A DNA stretch of 64,000 bases, taken from Eutreptiella sp. 'Long Island Sound 2002'. Lineage: Eukaryota; Protista; Euglenida. The DNA is taken from NCBI GenBank assembly GCA_964036045.1, contig OZ038378.1:147188001-147252000 (forward strand), in the 5' to 3' direction. This document shows, piece by piece, positions 46,156 to 57,417 of the stretch (its first letter is position 1; the number at the start of each line of letters is the position of its first letter). The notes below the pieces were generated by a model that worked only from the letters and a program-made list of their open reading frames with translations, did no database searches and was not told where the DNA came from. A program made the translations under genes and the position numbers.

Positions 46156-47592
46156 TTGTGCAGTGTATGTACAGTGGAGACGTTTTTCCCCAAGGGCGAT
46201 GTTGTGCCGGCCCTGCATGAACTGTTTGAGCTTTTGGAGGGCGAGAGGCGCGGATGTGCGGAGTTTTTTGCACTACATAAGTCTGGGGAGAAGGCCCTTG
46301 ATCGCCTGGGTACAGCGAGTAGTGCTGACTTCAGGGTTATCTCCCGGCAGGAATTGCTGGACTTTGTTTCCTGGGACCTGCACCACAACACAGGGCTGGT
46401 GCTGGGCCCGCTATTGCTGAAACAAGGCGATCGGGGTGTCCCGATTGGTGGACATTTGTCAGCGCAACTTGCTGAACTCTGGGCACTTGCCCGTGAGCTT
46501 AAATATATTTTTGGTAAGCACCGGTCTGGTCTTGTCAAGACGTGGGATCAGACAGTACGTAAAGGTGAGGAGGGTGCACCAGCGTCCCTGGCCGATATCC
46601 GTCTGTGTGTCCGGGAACCTATCGAAGTTTGTCACCCGTCCTGCAGGGGGTCACAGAAACTGGGCAGGGTACTCGGGAGCACAGACCGACCCTTTTTGCA
46701 CAGCAGTACTTTGCGTACTGATGGGTTCGGAGGGTGGTGGGGGCCTACTGATGCCTCCTTCGGGTACCTCGACGTGGACGGGGTGCAGGTTGACCTGCTG
46801 GTGACCTCCCTCTGGGACGGAGCGCCGGATGGGCGCATGGGTACTGTTATTGCGAGTGCACCCCCCCGAGACAGGGCGCGGCTTCGAGAGTTCTTTCGGG
46901 AACTGGATCCCATGGACTTTGTGGTGAGCGAGGCCCGTCGAGGGTGGTGGGGGTGGGCGACGCGCCCATCCGACCCGGCTGTCCCCATATCCACCAGCCC
47001 AGGCATTCTTTTCTCACGTTTTCGTGATAACATCTACATAATTTTTATGAACATCCATCCTGCCCTGTTCCCTCGCGTTCGCCATGCGGCGAAGCATTTC
47101 CTGGACTGTTTGTATGGAGTTCCCCTGAAATGGGAACCTACAGATTTACGGGTGTCCTGGGGAGAGTGTTCATGGAAACCCCTCCCCCTGGGCTTCTCTT
47201 TGACCAGGAAAGGGGTCATCTGGGACATCGCTGAGGGTGCTGAGCTGGGTGAGTGGCTCAGGTGGGTCCCAGCCCGCTCAGCCAACGCGAGCTTTACGCT
47301 GGCGTCTATGCTGCCGTCCCTGTTTCTCAAATCACTGTGGTATGCGGGTTCCACTGCAGATGTGCAGGCTAATTTTCGCTCCCTCCTCTGGGGCGTAGGC
47401 TGGCACTCTTACCCCAAACATTGGTGGTTGCCCTGTCTCACACGCTTTCTGCGGAAGTATAACCTTCTAGAGGTGTTTTCCCTGGGATCTGTTACCACGT
47501 GGGTTCGGGAGGGCAAACGGGCGGCAGCGACCAGCGGCTCGGGAGTGGTTTCATCTCAGGATGTTTCTGCGCATGCTGTGCAGTACCATTGA
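46156..47592 (+). mobile_element. Penelope-like RT (5'-truncated, no C-terminal endonuclease), catalytic motif RFRDN
   Basis: KQGDRGVPIGGHLSAQLAEL (motif B'), RFRDNIY (motif C, 47017-47031), PLE-like thumb region ending HSYPKHWW. Confidence 0.75.
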
Positions 47593-49899
47593 TTTGTGGT
47601 GCCAGTGTGAGTGCTCTGTGGCGAGCGACACATATACTGGACGTAAGGCCCTGTGTGAACGCATAGTCAGTGTATTTTTGACATAAATCAGGTTGAGTTT
47701 GGTATGGAAACGAAAGGCGGGTCTGGTGCCACACAAAACGAGAGTGGACAGGATCCATGGGCGCCAGGGGTCGAATATGGTGTGTGCCCGGGACCACAGA
47801 TGCCTACCGATGATGAAATGTCGTTGTTGTCATTATGTATTTGCGTGCCGAGGGCAATCAGCCCGACTTTGGGCCACCAGAACATCCTGTCTACTGTTGC
47901 ATTGTTTGTTTGCACTAGCCTCATGGGCATGGCCGTGTTTGTCTGAGGAGTTTTTGTACTTGTGCTCGCCCCTTGCAGCATGCCGGTGGCAGGGTTTTTA
48001 TTCACGTCATCCAACATTTGAGTTTGTATATCAGTCTCTGGCTTTGCTTCTTCTCAAAGGGTGCTTTGCTGGGCAAGGGGAACCCACACCGGACACTTGG
48101 GTGGTTGTTGGGGGGACAGCCCGTTTTTTTACAAAAAAAAACGGGCTGTCCCCGGCGTTGGCCGGACAACCCGTTTTTTTACCAAAAAAAAACGGGCTGT
48201 AAAACCCTTTTTTAAAAAAAACGGGCTATTAACCCGTTTTTTTACCAAAAAAAACGGGCTGTAGTCAGCGGGTCAATAGCCCGTTTTCCTTATACAATGG
48301 GGTCTTGTTGGATCGGGCGAAGGACAGGTACCCGAGTTTCTCGCACGCCAAAAAGCGAGGTGGCTTTGTTTCCCTCCCCTTCCACCTCCTCAAACACATT
48401 TCAAAGCGTTTGTTGGGATTTCTCGCTTCTGCATGGAGGGGTGGGCGGGAAGAGCATAAGAGAACACATGGGTGTGTTGACATCCAAGGCCACACACTCA
48501 ATGTTGTGAAGTGTAGTTTCAACCGCTTCTGCACTTTTGGAGTCACGGCAACCGGGGTTCTTCACAACCTGGATGTTATCAAGAGCATTCTCCACAGAGA
48601 CATGGATTTGCAAGCCCGTGAGTGGTTAAGTGATCCCATGGTTCTATTTGCGTTGCGCTGATTTCCACCTTCTCCACAGAATTTGAGCTTCCTTTCCTTA
48701 AGGGTAGTCATCATCTTGGTACCACAACAGGGCAAGACTACTAGAAATTTCTGAAGCCATGGTGGGACAAGGTGTTGGTGAGCAAGATCTCCCCGCCTTC
48801 TCATTCCTGAATACCTAACCCTTCCCCACGAACGGAAGGATCTTGTCTTCCTCTTTATCCAAAGCCTTTCCCATGTGTTCCAAAAGCACCTAACCTTGAA
48901 CATAACCAATGAGGAAGGCACACTACAAACCACAAACCGGTGGGGAGAAACGGTCTTCAGGTATTTGCGAATGGTTTTTGAAAGGCAACAAAAAACGAGG
49001 ACCCTAATCATTGCAGCACTCGTGGTGGCTAAACGTAGCTCATTCCGACAAGATGTGATTGCTAACCCCATGGAAATACGGGAGGCTATGCCACAAGCTC
49101 GCAAGCGACTCGATAACCCGAAGACCACAACCACAAGGTATTACATTGAACGGTTTCACAACTTGTTGGAGGAAGGGAAACAAACTGAGGCCCGAAAGCA
49201 AGCAAATGCACGATTCGATGTCTTGTTTGGGCGCCTACAGGAGCATGGATTAGTGGAAGGTAACCCATCTAACCTTACACTGGAGGTGTTGAAGCAAGCA
49301 ACACGTGCGTTGAAGCACAAGTCGCTTGTTTTGGATGATATTTTGCGCCTTGGTGGGAACAAGGAGCAACTTGTCACCCAACTACAACTAGAGCAATGGT
49401 TGGAGTGAAATGTATGTGCCTACTTTGTTCTTTGTGCTTTTGTGCTCAATTGCAAGGGTTTCTGCCATAGGAGGGGGGCGTGAGGGTCCGGTTTATAGTT
49501 GCACCTATGCAGCCATCCACTCAATTTTTCAGCCCAGAACTGGTCCCCAAGAGCCCAAAAGTTCGCCGTCAGTTCTCCAACATATCGGCTCGAAAACACA
49601 CGGGACAAGCGCCCCAAAGTAGTTCGAGACTTAAACTCTATGCTCCCTTCGTCCCGTGCATTTTGGAAACAGTAGGACCCTTCTCAGAGAGGTGCCATTT
49701 ACTGTCGGGCTTCGTCCACTTCTGGGGGGTTCTGGCTTCAGGTGATTCATTCGCGCACATTCACAATTGGTAAGGGATATCATCCTGGGGATCATCAAAC
49801 CGAGAGGCACACTCAGGTACTTCGGAGTCCATAGGAACCCCAAGCTGCGAACCGGCGCCATCTGAATGCATACCTTCAGCGGTAACCTTCGTTGCCCTC

Positions 49900-51400
49900 T
49901 AGGCCACACCTCTCACATCTCACACAGCCGAGAGCTAGAAGATGAGATACGAAAGGAGGAACAACAAAAGAGATGCGATTTGGAGGCGGAATGCAGAACA
50001 AAACGGGATAATTGACCAAGGCACAAAAAGAGAAGGTGCATCAACGCGGTTTCCTTTCGTGATTCTACTAGCTTCCGTTCGCTTTCTGGCTTCTCTTGCG
50101 CCTGTTTTTTGGTGGTCTCAATCTTCTTCTCGGCTTCTTGCCGCAAGAGCTTTGCCAGCCTTGCGCTATGCTCTGCTACAACAGATACATCACAAAGAGT
50201 GAGATCCAGACAATGGAACTGTGGGCCGAGATAGGAGTCGGCATAAGAGAAATGAAAATTGTCATTGTGGTATGTATCGATACATAGTTCTTCCCCATTT
50301 GCTCGCATGTAAAATTGATGGTACTAATGCTCAAACAAACTCTCACATTGACATCTGCATGTCTTCATTATCACCACGTTGTGCATCTTCATCAACATCC
50401 ACCACCACATTTGCCTCCACTTGATCCTTTTTTGGGTACTTCTTCCGCAATTTGTGGAGATGTCCTACCCATTGATCTCAATCCTTCTGTACGGTGGCCC
50501 GTTTTCTTTTCAGCTTGGTGACTTCGGCATTTGCATTTGCAATCTCTTTGTCTTCTGCATCAGCAAGATCTTTGCGTACCTTCTCATGGTTGTTCCATCT
50601 CTTGGCTACCTGGTTGAGAAGACATTTTTCTCCATTTGGCAGTGCACCCTCCAATGAGACCACCCCAGAGTGTGGTTTTATAGGAGTCCTATGGGTAGGG
50701 AGTACAAATGCCTTCATTTTTGCAGGTCTTGGCACATTGGGCACTACATGCCCTTTGTAGTGTCCTTTCAATGTTGGAGCTGTGAAGCAAGGTGTTCTTG
50801 TTTGCTTGCTACCCAGAACCCCGAACCCCGCCTACTTGGCAGGCATCTGCTGTATATTCATCCATCCTGTCACGAGTACGCGCAGGTCACAGTGCGTCAA
50901 GGGCTGCCAGCCCTTGGTTCCTTAGACAAGACACCATTGAAGCCTTCCATACACAGTGGTCCCCACGGTGGATTTTCCAGGTGTGCGACAAGAACACAGG
51001 AAAATTGTCCGCCCACTGCCAAATTGGCCAATTGCGATAGAAACTGAAGGAACTTGATGATAGTAGGCAATTTGCCATTGTACATATTGCTCCTACCTGT
51101 GCGGAATCCAAAAAGCATGCTTTGCATTTGCTCGGAGGTCCATGGTCCAAAGCAATTTTGGATTGCACGTCCGTCAAAATCCCCTCCTGTTGTGCGCTAC
51201 CTTCTGAAAAACAAGCTGAATGAATTGAAACAGTGGGGACGTCCCCCCCACAGGTACTCATTGCATGCGCCACCCAAAGACCTATGGACAGAGCTTATCC
51301 TACCCATGGCTGGAGCGTCCAGAACACAGGTCTGGACCTTGTTCATGGTGAACCATTGCATGCTAACATGGTTTCACTATTTGGCTCACCCCCCCGCGTA
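49900..51400 (-). pseudogene. Degenerate coding-like fragments of unknown origin (coiled coil; an NPPW motif at 50963-50974)
   Basis: Several short ORFs with protein-like composition; no continuous frame. Confidence 0.25.
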
Positions 51401-51900
51401 TAGAAGGTTTTGATTGGCTCTTTTGGGCCCTGCAAAACCTGTTGTGGAAACTGAACGGCATGGCTGTGGCCGAATGCTCCTACAGCACACCCCAACCGGG
51501 GGGGGGAGGGGGCGTCCAAGGGGTTGTGCCACGGAGGCCGTAGTACACAATGACTCGATGCTTCCATTCGACGTTAGGATAACTTCTAATGAGTGGTCCC
51601 TGGTGGCATGCGGGCAAGCGATGCCTAGCGGCACGGCACGGCACGGCACGGCACGGCACGGCACAGGGCGGCACAGGCCGTTTACGCCCACCCCCCCCCC
51701 CAAGCCATACCCCTCTGGACCCTACCAAAAATCGGCCCTTAAAGTCGACCGAAATGAAGTGTTGTACACATACACTCGGCCCCTTGGGCCCAATGTAATT
51801 TTTTGTTGTTGTTTACCCTCGGGCCCAAAGTAGTGCGCAAAGTAGTCGCCGCATGCATGCTGATATTTCGTGGTGCCCTCTGGATGGTTGCGAAACACTA

Positions 51901-51998
51901 TTAGAAAAAATGTGTTCATGCACGGGTTTTCTCTGGGAAAACCGTGTACGTGCACGGTTTTCCCAGAGAAAAAACGTGCATGAACACATTTTTTCTAA
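51901..51998. repeat. 98-bp spacerless palindrome
   Basis: 46 of 49 pairs are Watson-Crick; centre at 51949/51950. Confidence 0.95.
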
Positions 51999-52097
51999 AA
52001 CCGGGTAGTTGGAGGGAAATTTTTATAGAAAAAAACCGTGTACAGGGAACACGGCCCCCTTGCCCTTTCCTACTCTTGGGGTGGGCCTTTGGACAAT

Positions 52098-52640
<543 letters not shown>

Positions 52641-53410
52641 TTGTCTTGTCTTGTCTTTGCTGGGCCGCTGCTTATGCAGGCCTCCACGTGAGCCCCTGGA
52701 GGTCATTGAAAACCCTAGTCGCCCCGCCGGGCTGCGTAGGGTGTGCCCCTTAAGTCCTGGTGGTGGAGCCCCCACCGGCTCCTGATGCTTTTGCTTTCGA
52801 GACCACAGTGGCTCCTGCTCTCACCCCCAGTACCGCTGCATGGGCTTCCAGTGTTGGTCCTCCTTTAGTGGTGAAATGCGTACCAGTCATTCCTGAAAAT
52901 TAGCTCCCTAGAAAATGTGCTGGCTCTATTCGCCCTTGAGTGGTCCTGTGCCCCGCTCTCGATTTCTGAATTGCTTTGCTGTTAGAAATTGTGCGGTCCG
53001 TATCCTCTCTCTACCTTGCGTACCGCTGGGTGGCCCCCTTTCGGGGCTGGTGAAGGTCTTGTTGGGTCCCTCGCCTTACTCCTGCTCCCTTCGCTTTCGT
53101 GCTCTGCCCCCCGGTCGCTTGCCCCCTTTTAAATTTTAATCGTGCTAGCTGAGAATTTAATTCTTTGTTATTGTTGTTTGTTTTTCCGTCAACCTTAACC
53201 CGCTGTCTCAGTGAACCATGCCGAGTCCTCTCCATTGCCCACTCTCCACCCTCAGTCACCCTCAGCAAGCCCTGGCACAGTGCGACTCAACCAAGGAGAC
53301 TTCCGCCAATGCGCCACTCCAAGAGTCGCCTGGGTGGCTCGTCTGAGCTGGTGCATGGGTGTCCGCTGTCGCTGTGCGTAAGCCGCAACTACCAGGCTTA
53401 AGCTGCATAT

Positions 53411-53610
53411 NNNNNNNNNNNNNNNNNNNNNNNNNNNNNNNNNNNNNNNNNNNNNNNNNNNNNNNNNNNNNNNNNNNNNNNNNNNNNNNNNNNNNNNNNN
53501 NNNNNNNNNNNNNNNNNNNNNNNNNNNNNNNNNNNNNNNNNNNNNNNNNNNNNNNNNNNNNNNNNNNNNNNNNNNNNNNNNNNNNNNNNNNNNNNNNNNN
53601 NNNNNNNNNN
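53411..53610. other. Assembly gap (200 N)
   Basis: Run of N. Confidence 1.
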
Positions 53611-53874
53611 CACGTGAGTGCATCGCTGTAGCCAGGAACATGGGCACACAAGCATATCCCACGCCACAAACACACACCACAAGCCTCGAGACCACACCGT
53701 AAGTAAACGGCACGGTACGGAGCCACGACAGACACGGTGCAGAGTCGAGGGTGAGTTAGTATTACCACGAGGAACACGGACAGGTACAGCCCCAACAAGC
53801 TGTAGAGAGTACTAGAAAGTCGGGGTGTGCAGGTACAGACAGCAATGCATACACAAGTGATCAGATGGACGGCC

Positions 53875-55412
53875 ATATGTGTGCGCCCGTTTGTGAGTGC
53901 CTATATGCCACTGCCCTGTACTGCTTGCACAGTCTCTTGAATGTTCAATTGAAAAGGTGCTCTTGGTGCTTCGTCCCGTATAGCTATTGGTAGCACAATG
54001 CCTCCAATTGCTTATTGCTGCTGCGACGCGATGCATTCCCACGGCTGAACTCATGCATTGCAAAGATCTTCTACCCCTGATCCGAAGATGGAATGACACA
54101 TTACCCAGGCTCTGGTCTGCAAATCAGTTGCCTGATGAGGTTACCCTTTGGGAACTGGATATTGTGGCGATGTTCCCCAACTTGTCCAGAGACCGCGTGT
54201 GGCAGGCAATGCAGGAATTGTTTGATCTCGTCAGATAGAATAGACGAATGCGGGGACCACTGCGTTTTGCCATCAATAGGATAGACCGAAAATTAGATCC
54301 TGCAGGCAGTGGTAGCCCTGACCTTTTCACCAATTTTTCACAGCAGGACGTGTTGGATTTTGTTGACTGCGGCATTTTCCATAATGACGTCTTCGTGTAT
54401 TTAAACGTGGTATATACGGAGATATGGGGGATTGCAATTGGGGGAACATGCTCATTGGAGCTTACCCAGCCACGGAGGAGGGGGGGGGGGGGGGGGGCTT
54501 GGCGTGCCGTGCCACGGTGCCGCACATAGGGTGTGTCGTGTCACACGGGGCCGCCGCTGTGTCGTGTTGTGTTGTGTTGTGCTATGCTGTGTTGTGTGAA
54601 CTTGTTGGCATCTTGCACAACAAATTCACATGCGTCACCTGTGCCGGCCGTGCCATCATGACATGGAGGGGGGGGGGGGGATGGCACGGTACGCAATGCA
54701 ATGGTTTGTGTACGAGGGTGATTGGCACTTGTGTCACCTGTGTCACCTGTGCCGGCCGTGCCACCATGACACGGAGGGGGGGGGCATCGGAAAGTGTGCC
54801 GCGGCACGTGCCGTGACATGGGTAAGCTCCATCGCAGTATGCTTGTGTAGATTGCATGGTTTCCGAATTTAGATACCTCGATACTGTCCCGCCCTATGCG
54901 CCACAAGGGCCTGCCGCCCTCCACCCTTGTATATTACCATTCAGGCCGAGTCGGTTCCGTGATAATTGCTTACGCATGAAGTTTAAATCAACTGATTTAC
55001 GCACCCGAAGGAATGGCTGGAAGGTGTCTATGACTTGGAACTCCAGTGCGAAGGCGTGAGTGATGAATGGACAACGCTGCAGGGTGAGATTCAGGTAACC
55101 CAGAATATAGTCGACACACTGCCAGTCATACGCATCAGGCTAGCTGACAAAGGAAAGAAATTCACTGCAGTGCACCAACAGCTCATGCGCTATCCTGACA
55201 ACTTTGCACCGAAGGCACCCACGACCTTGCAATCTCTGGTCCCAGCGATGGCGAAGAACTGTGGTTATTACAGAGATACACTGGCAGATGCGACAGCAAA
55301 TATTGCATTAATTGTGCATGATCTCAGTGTTCAACAGTACTGTCACAGATGGTGGGTCCCGAATTTGCGCAGTTGTGTGAAAAAATGGGCACTACCCATG
55401 CCAAAATTGTGA
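53875..55412 (+). pseudogene. Penelope-like RT copy 2 (decayed; ~360-bp insertion at ~54470-54830)
   Basis: VRPFVS, WELDIVAMFPNL (motif A), GIAIGGTCS (B'), SRFRDN (54952-54966), terminal QYCHRWWVPNL. Confidence 0.75.
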
Positions 55413-55859
55413 TTGGCCTTCCTGTACCTGAATGTGTGTTTGCTCTATTGTTGTCCAGTCCTAACTTAGGATGACAATAGGCCACAGTGGCTTGTTGGAA
55501 GAGTAGATGAGGCCCTGCCCCACCTACACTTTACTGATGTTCCACCCAGAAGTGGCATGGGCATGGAGCATGAGATGGCGTATGCCGACATGTGATGTCC
55601 GAGTAATTGCATAACCACCCTTCCCTCCACATACCAACCTTTGCATAACCTTCTTGCCCTTCCCCCTTTAACCCCATACCCATTCCCTTCTCCGTACATA
55701 ATCGGAATTGGAGGAATAAACCATTGAAACCAAAACACCTATCAAAGGTGAGTACTCAAAACTAAAATGCGCCTGTGCTCGCAACACTATGGCACAACTG
55801 TACACAAATGCCTTATCCGATGTCCCAAATGGAACACGGCATTTAAACACGCCTGGACG

Positions 55860-56700
55860 ACATCATGGGGCCCATGGGCTGACTACCAGAGGGAAGGAGC
55901 TTTTGTTTGCCGTTGATAGGCTGGACAGAAAGTTGGAGTAATTGGGCACCGGATGCACCAAATACTTTACCAATCTCACCTTTAAAGATGTGATGAGGTT
56001 CTGCCGTTTCTAAGTGTCGGATAATGACGTCTTCACTGTAGGAAGATGCGTCCTCCGACAGAGGATAGGTGTTGCAATTGATGGCACATGCAGTGCACAA
56101 TTGGCGATTGCAACCCTATGGAATGCGAAGCATCGGGGTTACCAAGCCATCACCCCACAATGACCCCAGGCGGCAACACCCAGGATCTTTGCTGGTGCAC
56201 CCCTTCCGCTACGTAGACAATCTGGTGGGAATCAAACACCAACCGACACCAATACACACGGTTTTACAAAATTTTCAACGCATTTATGGTCTCCAGCTAC
56301 GAGAGGAAGTGGCAGGTCCTGAACTCAAAGCCCCGCTCTCACAGCTACAGATCACCATGAATCCAGATGGATCACCGCATGTACAAATGAGAATGGCGAG
56401 GCAGTACGACCCCAACCTGCCAATTGAACAACAAAAATACCGTTTCCCAGAACCATTCACACCAAGAGCCAAACAAACAGTGCACAGCATCATTCCTGCT
56501 ATGGCCATCGGCACAATGTATTATAGGGAGACACACCTTGATCTCCTGTGCTGATATGTGCCACCCAAATCACTGGTGGCAGCCACTACTTTCGCACAAG
56601 CACCCCCAAACGAGAGTTCCGCCAGAGGTGCTGGGGAGCGTCTTCTGGCGCTCTCAGTGTGATCCAGCTTTGCTTTTCTTCAGGCCGACAGTTCCCATCA
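55860..56700 (+). pseudogene. Penelope-like RT copy 3 (5'-truncated, decayed)
   Basis: FAVDRLDRKLE, QRIGVAIDGTCSAQLA, FRYVDN (56207-56221), KYRFPEPF...IIPAMA. Confidence 0.75.
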
Positions 56701-57417
56701 TGTGAGAAGCCCCACAGGGGCTGATTCCTGGGGTGTGTGCAGGCACTGGACCTCAGTGCCTGCGGGCACTGAGGTCCAGTGGGCGAAAAATATGCCTGTC
56801 ACACATCTCTTCTATGCAATCCATCTGCACACTCAGATTGATTTTCTCTTATGCACTTGCTGCACTGCCCTGACCAGCGACCGAGTTGAAAAGACCCCCG
56901 CAATATAGGAACTGCAATTGGGAAGCAGCTGCAAAATCCACAAAATCCGCAGAATCTGCAAAGGGGGGGGGGGCGTCCGGCCAGGCCAGGATCTGTGGAA
57001 TCCACGGCGTCATGAACCCTCCAACAGGCTTTGTTCAACACTTGTTGGACTTTCTTCCGCACAAAGGAATTTCGTTGGACGAAGCAACTTTTTTTTTCCA
57101 ACCAAGGTTCTTTCATTTGCTTTGTGTCCTTTGTGATTGTTTGCGATAACACTTCGTTGGTCAGGGCAACCACATGTTCAAAACATAGTGTTGGTTCACC
57201 TTGTCACTTTGAAATTAATGACAGGTTCAGAAACCGGTTCAGGAAAACCATGGGCCAGAAGCTCAAAAAAATCGACAATCCCACCTTCTGAACCATTTGA
57301 ATGAAAGCTAGAGGAACTGAACCCGTCGACCTTCACCCCCCACACACCAACCATACACAACGCAGGTGCCCCAACCCTAAATCCTCACATTTGTTCTATC
57401 ACAGTGCAGATCCCGTC

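Larger units (their letters stand above)
45468..48292. mobile_element. TA-flanked insertion with subterminal hairpin arrays, a PHD-like ORF and a nested PLE RT
   Basis: TA at 45466-67 and 48293-94. Removing the insert and one TA gives MALV-Y-NGVLLDRAK in frame. The end arrays are inverted relative to each other. Confidence 0.75.
43269..49408 (+). pseudogene. hAT-like DDE transposase (Cys-rich N-terminus, SAP-like C-terminus), disrupted by a duplication and an insertion
   Basis: AACDPQSHDVSG (putative D1), YADNASVNTGHLNGL (D2; resembles the hAT DGASVMxGxxNGV motif), GCDDH (CxxH). The frame resumes after 48294. Confidence 0.6.

Noticed and set aside
45468-48292. Fanzor/TnpB or HUH transposase in the hairpin-ended element
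   Set aside because: No RuvC, zinc-ribbon DRDxNAA-type or HUH motif seen; the Cys-rich ORF fits PHD better.
53875-56700. Hammerhead ribozymes near PLE copies
   Set aside because: CTGATGA hits lie in coding sequence or lack a supportable stem and GAAA core by eye; needs an Infernal search.
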